DNA of 63,823 nucleotides, counting the filler, from Choristocarpus tenellus KU-1152 (Eukaryota > Protista > Phaeophyceae): assembly GCA_964200185.2 (NCBI GenBank). It is 8 parts of 8 records of this genome, joined end to end, with 100 filler letters (N's around TTAATTAATTAA, not from the genome) between each part and the next. Parts side by side here need not be neighbours in the genome. Positions count along the whole stretch, not along the records: positions 20,580 to 31,973 come from CAXNAD020002340.1; positions 32,074 to 39,575 come from CAXNAD020006057.1; 6 more parts are not named here. The stretch is one strand, 5' to 3'. The notes beneath the pieces were generated by a model, which saw nothing but the letters and a program-made list of their open reading frames with translations, had not been told where the DNA came from and did no database searches. This document shows positions 27,050 through 38,786 of the stretch, piece after piece. The position numbers and the translations under genes are program-made. Position 1 is the first letter of the stretch. Each line of letters begins with the position of its first letter.

Positions 27050-28830
27050 CCTAATATCCAGAACTTTCCGATCGTGACTTGATCGACAACTTTTTTGAAT
27101 TATTTTCTCAAATTATCTTCTGCCTGGTTTTGGACTTGGGACCCCTTACACTAATAATGCGACTTATACTCAGGAAAGCGTAACCAACTACAGCAATAGA
27201 TGTGCCTTCCTCAACCTCAATCTTAACAAACAAATGACTCGGGAGACAGAGGATCCTCAGAATACTGCTCTTCTTCAACATCAGCAGTAGCTTCCTCGCC
27301 ACATCAGACATCTTTTCACTGGTCTTGCCATGTCTTGCCATTATATGTGTGGAGAGTCAAGGTGCAGCCCCCAGAAAGTAATAGAGGGTCAACCATTACA
27401 ATATATCTTCTGTGTGCACATCAAGAGGGATGTTGAGGGCTACATAAGAGGCATAGTCGTTAAGAGTGCAGTCTTCATGTAACATCAAAGGACTATATTT
27501 GAGGTGGTCCCTCCTCCAATTAGGCAGCGCAGCCACTTCTGGAAAACCAGGGTTACAAATGTAAAAATACCTCGCACGGAGGCCAGTTCTTGCAGCGAGC
27601 GATTGATAGGCTACAAAAGGGTATTCTTGAATTTAAAGGTCATCTCGACACTGAGGACAAAAATTAATGATGATAGTCTGGTACCATCTTGTGTGTTTAT
27701 AACTTAGCCTGCATTACAAACTTTTGAAACTGATGTTGACAGAAGAAATGTATGTTCCTGGTGTCGGGTTGTCCCCTGAAACTTCTTCGAATGTAATATT
27801 CAAGTCCTCCAGGTGTCATCGTAAGAAACAGTTGGGCGTGTTGAACATCAATTGTATCCATCTACGTGTACAACATATTGCTTCCAATACACGGACTGTA
27901 ACTACTGTTTGTAAAAACCAATATATATTGGTACATAATGTTTACTGTATACTATAAAGAACTAAGAAACGTTGGTGAGTTGTGGGAACATGCAACCTGC
28001 TTTCAATGTAATCAACCAATCAAATCCGTCAAAAATCAACTAACTGAAAAAAACAGATTGCACACATCTTATGTCATATGTCGAAGTTGAACTGACATTT
28101 CAATCACAAGAACTAAATCGATGTAAGTATTTTGAAGATAGATACAGACATTTTTTAAGAGTTGGACCTCCTACCATATATTTGAGTCCGACCTACTGCT
28201 ATCCTGTTAATTCTCACTTGGTGTGCTTTCTGGGAACGCAGGTGGTATAGCTTAGACCTTTGTTTTGTGCTACGACTTTGTAAACTGCGATAAGCGACCA
28301 ACCTGGCCCATTTTTGTTGGCAATATCAGTCAGAACCTTGAGCTTCTCCAGGTTCAAGCGGAAGGTAACACTTGCGTCCCTCTCATCTTTCAACAAGGAT
28401 GACCATGCCCAGAAGACCGGTGAGGAATCGAAATCGTTCGCCTTTCTTCTTCTTGAAAGGAGGGCTGCTAGCCCTTTCCCTCGCAGTCACGACAGGGGGG
28501 GGGGGCGGCTTCGCAAACGCTTTGTTTTTCTCGCTGCCATCACTGGCACAGTTCCAAAAAGCTACCGGAATGGATGTGTGGGACAATGTGTTGAAGATGT
28601 TCTTTTTAGATGGTATGGCAGGGTTGGATGGACGTCGAAGAATAGGACTGGAAACTGGGTGGCAATCCGACTCGGTTGACTCCGCACTGGAAGCACACGC
28701 ACTCGCCATGGAGGAACTTGAAATCGCTGGAAAATCTCGAGCACCCCCTCTCGTAGAACCAGCAAGGCTTAGACCCGGGGAGGATCTTCCGTGGAAAAAG
28801 GATATCCCCATCGTGAGCATGGAGGGAAGG
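27050..28830 (-). pseudogene. Hypothetical disrupted multi-exon gene of unknown family
   Basis: Coding-like segments (LAALLSRRRKANDFDSSPVFWAWSSLLKDERD...; MARHGKTSEKMSDVARKLLLMLKK...) with splice-like boundaries, stops and a possible frameshift at the poly-G near 28500. Confidence 0.3.
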
Positions 28831-29830
28831 ACGAGGGTGAGGGGGGAACAGTTATGGTACAAGATCTTCGCAAGGGAAGAGGGTGAGATAGGGATGTAGA
28901 GATCACAGTGAAACATTGTAGTAAGGTTTACTGGTAGTATCATTCCTGATGGGACTTGAAAGGATAACTTCGGTAGTTTCGTCTTCATGGTGCTTCTTTT
29001 GTGTTCTTTGTGCAAAGTGCATTTTTTATATTGGTAATGCTATTCTGTTCCATAAACCCCGATCTGATCAGCTAGAAATCGTTGAATTGTACAAAGGGTA
29101 TTGGGCTCTGCATATTTTTGCCGGTGTTGCTACAGAAGTGAATGGCGGAAGCCCCCCCCTCACCCACGATTTCGCTTGCTGGGCTTACCCCGAATGGATT
29201 GTCGCGATACCTCTGATGATAGACATAAAACTGCACCGCAACTTGACTCCATGTTTAGCAATGAAACTACTATCCTTTCTCTTCTTTGTATTCTGTATAC
29301 CCTCTTCCCCCCCCCTCCCTCACACTCCCTCTTCATCTAAGATGCGTATCAGAAGGGAAAGAAATGAATCCGTCCGACCGGAATCGTACGTGTGTCAAAC
29401 GGCAATGCGACAACCCTTTCAAGGCTTCGAGTATAAATTTGCTGTTACTATCGTGTCGTGATGATTAAGGCAAACCCTTGCTCACACGACAGATGCTCTT
29501 CGCAAGATATTGTGTTGTCGTAAGTGAGCGAGTAATCACTTCGTTACATACTAACGTACAATACTACGTATTTGGCCAGGGGACTTACTAATCCCTCCAC
29601 GGGAATCAAAGCATCCCCTTGAGCGGATACTGAAGGACAGGGTTGAAGGACAAAAATACAACTGACTAGTTGTTGCCAATAGAAAGCCCCCCTAAGAGGG
29701 TTTTGACAGCACCTGCCCTTTTGTTCACGGTAGGAAAAAAAAAAGTCTTCAATATGACGAGACCATCATCTCGTCCAGTCACACCTTAAGAAATGAGCGG
29801 GGGCTGTCTACTCGTCACACCAGGTGTCTA

Positions 29831-29962
29831 TAACCCTAACCCTAACCCTGTAGGTGATCCTGATGCTATAACTTCTACTTTACAACTTGAACCCTAACCC
29901 TAATCTCAACCTTTAGAACCCTAGCCCTGAACCCTCTGATCTTAAAACCTAACCCAGCCCCT
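29831..29962. repeat. Degenerate interstitial telomere-like (TAACCC)n tract
   Basis: taaccctaaccctaaaccct followed by further aaccct variants. Confidence 0.6.
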
Positions 29963-30611
29963 ATTCCCTTTTGCCAGTCTTACCCCTATTCCAAATCTCA
30001 AAACCATTTTTCATATTTTTCATATTTCCCTGGTCTTTCATGCCCCGAAATCATCTGTCCATCGTATGGGGGAGGTGCCCTGCCTTCGTGCTATCTTGAC
30101 CCCTCCTAGTATGAAGGGACCTTGGCCTCTCTCTAGATTAGAGCATTTAAGCAAGAGTCTCAAAGGATTGCAGTCGATTTCGGGCAATTCTAACATGCCT
30201 AGGGTTCAAGTATTTATTTGGGAGGGGTAAGTGTTGGTACGATTTTATGGCACAATTGTTTGCACCAACGCGATTTATATATGTATGTATGCATTCAATC
30301 TTAAAATTAAAGGTTTGAATGAATGAATAAATAAATAAATAAAATTCGTTTTTCAGTCCAACTTGATGATAGACAAGCATTGCCCGTGAGGCCTTTACTC
30401 AAAAGTGCAATGCCAGAAGAAGATTTTCAACTTTTAATTTTTTACTGATATATATATATATATATATTTATAAATTCGATTCATGATGCACACATGTTTC
30501 AGTACATACAAAAAACAGTAGCAGCTTTATTTTTTCGAAGTTAAGTCAATGTTTGCCTTCTTGGCCATGCTTGAGGTGTCGGTTGCCCCAGTGATTGTGC
30601 AGTTTAGTTTC

Positions 30612-30677
30612 TACCATACCATACCATACCATACCATACCATACCATACCATACCATACCATACCATACCGTACCAT
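30612..30677. repeat. (TACCA)n microsatellite
   Basis: About 13 units, directly abutting a MITE. Confidence 0.95.
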
Positions 30678-30941
30678 GAATGGAAGTTTGTTAGAGAGTA
30701 CGAGTTTTGCCCTGTTTGTTCATTTGGGGCTAGCCTTCCTGCGTTTTTTTTGTAACATTTTTCCACTCCAAAGTGCTTCGGAGTAGGTAAGATGTATACG
30801 TTATGAAAAGGTGTGTGTCCGGAACAAGGATATTGACACTTCCTAACAAACACGATATAGCCAAAGTTGTTTCATCTAACACGAATAGTTGGATTTTGGC
30901 CCCCGAATGGACGCAGTCCTACCCTCTCAGATAATCTGACT
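30678..30941. mobile_element. MITE family A, diverged
   Basis: gtacgagttttgccctgtttg...ggatattgacacttcctaacaaacacg is colinear with the other copies. Confidence 0.85.
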
Positions 30942-31004
30942 GACTCTGGTACTGTACCATACCCACGCTGTCGAGAATTTGAATATCTCATAATAGAAAG
31001 AAAA

Positions 31005-31340
31005 AAAAATCGTTGTCTTTTTACTGCAATCTACATACATTAGTACATTCATCAATAATATCATAAATAAAAAATCATTGTCTTTTTACTGCAATCTACA
31101 TACATTAATACATACATCAATAATATCATAAATACATTAATACATACATACATTAAGGACGCATATATTGATAATACATGCATTAATACATACTTAAAAT
31201 CATATACATACATTAATACATACATAAAATCATATACATACATTCATACATACGTTGACGATGTATACATTAATGACACATACATTGATAAGACATACTT
31301 TAATACACACATACATTAATACATACATTAAGACATACAA
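31005..31340. repeat. AT-rich low-complexity repeat (tacatacattaa-type)
   Basis: Degenerate atacatacattaa units, plus a duplicated aaaatc(g/a)ttgtctttttactgcaatctacatacatta. Confidence 0.85.
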
Positions 31341-31474
31341 ATTAAGAAAAAAAAGCTACTACTGCCTGAAACAGAAAAACGGTTTCTGTTTTTAATTTAT
31401 TTCAACAGAGTATCCAAGACAAATTACTTTATTATTTTTATTTTAGTCAACAACGGTTCATTACTATTCCGGGA

Positions 31475-31683
31475 TAAATAACAGTTATTTATAAATTATT
31501 ATTAATTATTATAAATAACAGTTGTTTTATAAATATATTATTACAAATAACAGTTTTTTTAATAAATATATTATTATAAATAACAGTTTTTAAAATAAAT
31601 ATATTATTATAAATAACAGTTTTTTTAATAAATATATTATTACAAATAACAGTTTTTTTAATAAATATATTATTATAAATAAC
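31475..31683. repeat. ~33-bp AT-rich minisatellite, about 6 copies
   Basis: aaataacagttttttaataaatatattatta(c/t) repeated head-to-tail. Confidence 0.92.
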
Positions 31684-31973
31684 CTCGCCACATCCTACCA
31701 ATCATCTGCTACACCTAGTCTACCCACTTCACCTCTCCTTCCACTTGTACTTCACTCTCAAGTGCCAAGTAACTGCAGGCTCTTCCGAAGTTTTCTGTTG
31801 GGATAAAACATATGCATTGACCCTGACCCTGACCCTGGCCCTGGCCCCGGCCACAAGGATCGATAGAGGAAAAAAAAAAAAAACTATTTTTTTTTGTGGA
31901 CACGCGCATGCGTAGCTTACGCATTCATTTGCTTCTCTTAGGTTTTATCAACACCTGGGGTCAAACCAAAGGG

Positions 31974-32073
31974 NNNNNNNNNNNNNNNNNNNNNNNNNNN
32001 NNNNNNNNNNNNNNNNNTTAATTAATTAANNNNNNNNNNNNNNNNNNNNNNNNNNNNNNNNNNNNNNNNNNNN
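31974..32073. other. Artificial contig linker
   Basis: N44-TTAATTAATTAA-N44. Confidence 0.98.
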
Positions 32074-32209
32074 AGGGGTCTTTGGCTGTTTTTTGGCCGG
32101 GGTGGCCCGCCCCCCCCCCCCCCCCCCCCACACACACATACATACCCCGTTGGCGTGGTAATAACGATGCCTCGTCCTCGCTGGCTGGGTGCATAATATT
32201 TTCCGTTTT

Positions 32210-32468
32210 GAGCCAAATTATCGTAGAGGGTAGAGCTACGTCCATTTGGGGACCAAAATCCAATATTACGATTTTGATGTAATCTTGGCTATCGTGATTG
32301 TTAGGAAGTGTCAATATCCATGTTGCGGACACAAGTTTTCATAACATACATACTCTACCTACTCCGAAATATTTTAGAGTAGAAAAGTGTCATAAAAGAA
32401 CCCATGGGAAGTCAAACCCCAAATGGACAAACAGGGTAAAACTCGTACCCTCTAAGATACTTTCACTC
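32210..32468. mobile_element. MITE family A, inserted in an intronic pyrimidine tract
   Basis: gagccaaattatc ... gatactttcactc, with TTTT on both flanks. Confidence 0.9.
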
Positions 32469-32487
32469 TTTTCTGCCCATCGCGAAG

Positions 32488-35400
32488 GTGGGCGTTACCC
32501 CCCCGGCGAAAACAACTCTACGAAACTGGCAGCAAGGCGTAAAGTCCCTTCGACCAGAGTCCTTCGAGGTACTGAAGGAAGTGTGTGACACCTTGTCACC
32601 ACAGGTTGACCGCAATGCAGTCAGTCACACTGAACTATCTGAGTCGCGAGGAGTTTGCCGGCTTCACATATCTCAAGTAGGGGCTATGCATCCATCTGCT
32701 TGCTAGGCAAGTCAAAACGCCACTGTGTCTTATCGTGTAGACAGCAGTAAGCGCAATTTGTGCAGGTCGCAGCACATTGCACAGGAACGTGAAATAAGTG
32801 TCTCCTGCGATGAGGAATGTAGTCAGCCATTGTTGTGTCGAACGAAGAACCCTTCGTAGTATTGTGGTAATTCTACAAACAGTGTGTGTTTCCTGTGTAT
32901 GTGCGCTCTTGTCTTTTAGGAAGTACGACAATCGATCCATGAATATTTGCTGCAGTGGCGACCCTTTCCTCATCATAACCTGTGCATCGTTCTCGTTGAC
33001 GTCCTTCATGGCCATTCTCTTTTTGCAGGTACAAGTCATTCTATGGGAAGGTTCCTAAGGCGAGGGACTACAAGGACATCGAATCGGACGCGCACATGTC
33101 TGAGATGGTTGTCTCGCGCACCAGGCAGATTGTGCCCAAGGAGAAGTGGACACCAGAGCTCCAAAGGTTGGTAAATGTTGCAGTTGCAGCGGTTATCTTT
33201 TTTTGCCTTTTCCGTATCTCCTGTGCACCCATACGTCGCCATGCGTCCCTCAATTGTAAAATACACTATCGGCGTCTTTTTCGGCACCGCACTTAATGAT
33301 TGTTGCAAAACCGCTCTGAATTCCGGACGTTACGTGAATGATGCACGGGCTACCAGGGAAATGGACAGGCTCGCATATGAGAAGTGCAATATGCACGACC
33401 TCTGGGTCAAGCCCCACTACGAGGAGAGGAAGAGGGAGGTGGCCCAACTTCTGCTGAAGGTTTCATCTGGTGACCAACAAGCGGGGCCCGTCCGGCAGCT
33501 GAGGGCAAACATCTCCACAGTAGTCGGAATGAAACCTCTGCAATGGGTCAGAGCTGTGGGTGTGCCTCCTGTGTTCGTAATTACAGCTGAAATGGCTTGT
33601 ACAAAAAAAAATAGTTGATGCTTGGTAGGATTGGTGGTGGGTCTTTGTCATCATCATGAACGACAGAGTTGCCTTCCCTACAACAAACAATGCTGTTTTG
33701 TCAGTTCCAGTGTTTCGTTGCTAATAGCGGGAATAGCCAATCGTTTCCTTCAACTCTAGACAACGATCTAGGTCAATCTCCACCTCGTTTCTGCCTCCAA
33801 CACGTGTCACTGTTGTAACCTACAGACAGGCTGGAGTCCTCGACATGGATTTTTTTCAAACTATTTCGCCCCGCAAGCCGCCTCCATTAAACACGTTCAC
33901 CACGTTAACCGTATCGTTTGCTCTGTTCAATTGACATGCTATCGTACTTCCATTACACTCTCCCATTTTTGACGTCACCATCGTCCCCTCCTCTCCTCAA
34001 CAACGTCCTCCGCCGTGTCCACCACCAGATTCTCGAGAAGGACTCGACTCTACACGCTTACCTCACCACCTGGGATGGGAAATACCAGGATGTCCTCAAC
34101 CTCCACCAGGTTCACAGTGGGCGGGACTGTGATGGCGGCGGTGCAGACGTTGAGAGGAACAACGGATCGGCATCAGAGGGCCGTGTGAAAGAAGACGAGG
34201 GAAGGTGCGAACACAAAGGAGGGGATGGAGACGAGGGAGGGGACGAACACAAAGGAGGGGACGAAGACGAGGGAGGGAACGGACTGCCAGACAGGGAGGG
34301 TATGGGAGAAGGAGGTTCTGTCGGCAGTGTTCCTGGTGCGGAAGAAGAACAAAACGGCCATGGAGGGTGGAACGCGGTCGTTTGCTGTACTGAATGCAAT
34401 CCTCCACCTACATCTCAGTGAGTAATGTAGTTGTAACGGTGCACACAGGGATGACGGGTAATTAATGGCGTAAGATTGGTTTCCATCCAATCCCCCGAAC
34501 GGCTAACTACGTTGTCTCTTTTCAGCGGTGCACGCCATTGAACTGGTGGATCTTGCATAGTCCCTCTATGTGTGGCGCTGCGGTCGCTACCCCCACGCCT
34601 CTTTGTTTGCTACAGTCCGATTGTGTGTTAATGCACATATATCACCGACTGTTGTATCTCACCTGTACTACTTCGTGCTGTTTTGCGCCGCCAAATTCGT
34701 GGTCCTTTGTAACCGTGGATTCCCGTGTTGTGTTGTTGCGCCCAATTAATGATTTGGAAAAATACTATCCTGTCTGTTTAATGCTCTCATTCGATGACAC
34801 GCCTGACAGGTATTCATGCCCAAAGTGCTCCATCACGCATATGGGCGAATGTGCCTACGTGGAGATTGTAGGCGACGAGAGGCACAAAGATCGATTATGT
34901 ATCAATTGCCCCATGGCACAGGAGGGCAGTGAAGGGTCTGGATCAGTGGGGAACGAAGCGGCGGGTCGGGGCAGGGGCAAGGGCAAGGGTAAGGGTCACG
35001 CAAGGAGCGCGGGCGGGTCATCCACCAGGCAAAGCCTTTTACGTCCCCCCTCACGCAGCGAAACGGCAGACATGGAGAAGTGTATGTGGGTCTCAGCGTG
35101 GTCGCACATTATACGGACATACAAGTCGTCTCTGCATGTTCGGTTTCACATTGGTTTGCATGTAGGTCTTGGTTGCTTGTACATCATGTAGATTGCTCGT
35201 CCTTTGTGCGTTGGATGTGTCGTTTTTTTGGAGGTTTCCATGGGCCATGGAACTTAGTGTTTTGACGTCTACCCTCCTTCCACGAGATGTATCTGATGGG
35301 TCTGGCGTTGTGGAGGGTACGGCTTGACATTTTGGGGATGCCGTGGAAATATTGTCAGGACCTCACTTAATGATACGATTGCCTGCACCATAGCTTACGA

Positions 35401-38400
35401 CGCTGTCCTTCTTGTCGTGCTGTCTGTCTACTGTGTCGTGTGTCATGATGTCCAACCAGGACCGAGAACACTGCACTACACGACCTTCGCCCTCTCGACC
35501 CTACGGTACCCTTAGACCGCATGAAAGAGTTCCCCTTCCGCAATGCGCCAAAGCTCGCCATAGTGTCCATTGCCGCCGAGCCAAGACTCCTCAACGACGA
35601 AGAGGCGACCAACACACACTTGCACCAGTGCTTAAGTGCTTGCTGGTGAAGATACATCCTCAGGGCACCATCGCGCTCATTGTGCCCCGCCCGTGGGCCG
35701 CGCAATTACACCGCCTAAACGGTGAGTTGCCGAGTTCGCAAGCGCTGGAATACGGGGTATATTGCGGGAGACTATTGCGATCCGCCATGGCCGTTAACAG
35801 TCCGTCCGTGTGCCCATCGAATATTGTGCGGCCGTCCAGGAGATGCGGATTGTACCGTGTGTCTTTCTTTTTCATTTTCCCCATGTTGTTTCATGTTCTT
35901 CGTACCTTCTGCTTCCTTTTGTGTCTCTTGCTCTTCCCCCCGGGTCCTTCGTAGTTCTTTGTTTCATTGTACGCAAATCGCATGCTGGTGTTACTTGTCT
36001 TCACTACATTATTTTTGACGTCTTTCCTTTTATTACAGAATTTCCTATTGTTTGCATTTTTTTCATTTGTTATTTGCCTTGCGTTCCACACTCATTGTCA
36101 CGATTATAATGTTAGTGGTATGAGATTTCATGAATCCCTACGATAACTACTTGTGTGATGCCACTGTCAAGTTTGACGCATGCCGGACCCACGCGCTCAC
36201 TCCTGCCTTCTCTTCATTCAGGGGCTCTTATGGCATCGAAGGTGGGCTTGGTTGTGGAGGATCATCCCCTAACCCTAATGTACAAGGCGAGGGAGGGGGG
36301 GGGGCCTCAATGAGTCACTGATAACCATCTCAGATGTCGTCAGGACACGAGTCTTCTTGCGCACAACGATGGTACAGAGTTCATATGCAACAAGTGAGTA
36401 ACGGTCGAATACATCTTTGGCCACGGGAGTGATGCATCTCCTCCGGTACTCCAAACCATGTGTGACGTCGAGTACCAAGGTGCTGCAACGGAAATCCCCA
36501 TGAGGGCCCTCCACTTCCTCGTTAACAGGTTCGTTAATAACATTACACACACCCTTCTTCACGGGAGCAGCGACTTTTTTTGTATAGGTGTAGGAGATCG
36601 TTAAACAGTAACACAATGAGCTGGGTGACGGTTTCAGGGGCGTCAAACCATCCCACGAGTGTGTTTCCCTGAATCAGTACGTTAAGCGTCAAACCACACC
36701 AAGAGTGTGTTGCCCTGTATCGGAACGTTACTCATACATTGCGATATGATGAATCCGTGCGCAATACAATGTACTCCTCGGGATAATTGACGAACTGCCG
36801 TCCTATGATGCTGGGGACACCGTCGTCTCCTTCAGCGCAGAGAGGCACAACGTGGTGGAGGCGGTCCTTGAATGGAGCAGGAGGGTGGAGGTGTTCGTGT
36901 CCAATGCGGCGTCAAAGGACGAGGTGGAAGAGAAGATGGACACCTCCTTCGGCCAAGCCTACAAGGACGGCAAGTGGAAGGTAAGAAGGGCGTGCTGGCT
37001 TTTTTTTTTCCATTGCTTTCCAACTTGTTGTCTGTCTTGGTTCCCTATGGACAGGTCTCGGGCGTGCGATTGTTGAAGTGAGGTTTCCTTGTCGATGTTT
37101 ACACGTTGCTAACATGGTGCACCCAGTTACCCACACCACCGCTGGAAATCGCGAGACCCCAAGATTTGTGTGTGAGCGTCGGTACGTCGTAATGTCCTCC
37201 TTCCCCACACGAACAAGAAACAAACATGCTGCGGTACACCACAAGATCTTTAACCAACGCCGGAATAACCCCTATGTACGTGACAAAACTTTATCGCATG
37301 GCTAACCCACTTCAATGCCACATGGTTGGGTTGTCACATGTACGCACGTGATGTTGCAGGTATCCACGTCTCTCGTTCAAGAACGCGTGATAGGCCCTTC
37401 CTGCCTGCCGGAAGCCTTGGGGCAGACCCTCGTCCCAACGGAGACGCAGCGATGTTTTGCTGAGGCCATCAATCCTCAGGGAAAGGCAATGGGACGCGAT
37501 GAGGCGACCATTTTCGTTGCGAAGACGGTGGCGACGGACTTCAGCTACCAGATCGAGGTGAATGTGGTATAGAATGCACTAAGTTACATATTTTGTGAAG
37601 AACGAACGGCAGAGTCAAGCTCTTGGCACGCAGAATAAACGTTTTTTTTATTCCCGAGTCCTAACCTATCTAATGCGGCACCCAAATATGTCGCGTAGAA
37701 AACTATGGGCCTTGCGGGTAAGTATTGGATCGGTAGTGTGTTCAACGTTTGCCACAACAAGGTTGCCGTTTTGCACCACCTTCGGATGAGATTACCTCCA
37801 AATCACGAACATTCATGAATCACCGAACTCTGTCCCCCCCCCCAACACCCCTCCGCCCCACCCAACCTCACCGCCGTCTTTGTCTTCCGCAATGCTCAGC
37901 AGCGTGCAAGCTCGTCCTCGAATCCCGCAGAAATGGCCTTATTCCCGCTTGAAGGGAAAGACTACAAAGTCAGCAGAAATGACCTCCCTGCGTGGGGTGG
38001 TGATCTTGAAGTGTGCAACTCTCGATCAGAGACCTTCCGTCCGATCTCCCCTGAAGACCAAGAAGAACAGTGCATTCGGCTGCTTCATGTGGCCAACAAC
38101 GGACAGCTCAAGTGCATGCTTTCGCCTGGAATGGAGGTGTGTGGGCCGGGCGCAGAGCTCTACTTGCGCGCGGCAGCCACTTGCCCTCTCTACTACATGC
38201 GTTGGACCGAGAAGGCAGACGATGCCAACATTGAATGCACATCAAAAGTGCCGCAGAGTGGAAGCCGTCACCAGGTCCTCCTCCCCTTCTCCAAGGTTGG
38301 CCCCGGGCAGATTTTCGTCACGCCCGTAGTCGGGAGGGTGAAAATGACACGAGATCACCATTCAACGTGCTCCCGGGTCTTAGGGTAGTGCGTTCTCGTG

Positions 38401-38786
38401 GGTTCGAAGTGCTGGATTCGGACTCGGACTTGATGCCAATGATCACTAGAAAGCGCAAGTGTCCCTCTTCCCGCACGGGTGGAAAGGGGAAAGGTCGCAA
38501 GTTATGGAGGGGCGCCGGTGATTCTGCCATGGAAGACGACCCGGAGTATGTCAGTGACGCGGAGAAGGACGAGGAGGAAGAAGAGGATGATGAAGAGTAT
38601 GATAGAGAGAGGAGGATGAAGGGGATGATGAAGAGAAGTAAGAAGAGAATCGGGACAGGGGGCAGGAAGGAGGGGGGGGGGAAGAGGCAGGCGGGCGCAC
38701 ACGTCGGCAAAGTAATGATTGACCAACGGCAAACAGAGGATACGGGAGTGTTTTTGTTGATGATGCCTCGTTCGTCCAGTAGTTAG
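32488..38786 (+). pseudogene. Decayed spliced gene: helical region, acidic linker, PHD-like finger, degenerate beta-class N4/N6 DNA methyltransferase-like fold, SET-like domain, acidic/basic tail
   Basis: Exon-like segments: 32488-32604, 32920-32957, 33029-33166, 33327-33459, 34030-~34419, 34526-34545, 34810-~35080, 35460-35721, 36334-36528, 36782-36980, 37360-37557 and 37900-38786. Most junctions are phase-consistent. Frameshifts occur near 35640, 36398 and 38350. Domain calls rest on motif order only. Confidence 0.6.
34194..34278 (+). repeat. 33-bp coding tandem repeat (DEGGDEHKGGD-like), about 2.5 copies
   Basis: gacgaggga...gaacacaaaggagggga repeats within the acidic linker exon. Confidence 0.85.

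Noticed and set aside
29831-29962. Chromosome end
   Set aside because: The tract is short, degenerate and internal to a contig.
30549-30853. ORFs with YHTIP/WYGMV repeats, and recurring ORFs such as ILTLPNKHDSQNYIKI
   Set aside because: They are translations of a microsatellite and of non-coding MITE-A copies.
31475-31683. Regular ~33-bp repeats resembling a CRISPR array
   Set aside because: The units are head-to-tail with no unique spacers, there are no cas genes, and the context is eukaryotic. It is a minisatellite.
35779-35790. DPPW motif (MT-A70-like) in ORF 35722-36018
   Set aside because: It lies just after a strong gtgagt donor, inside a predicted intron, and in the wrong position for motif IV of the surrounding beta-class fold. 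Probably chance.
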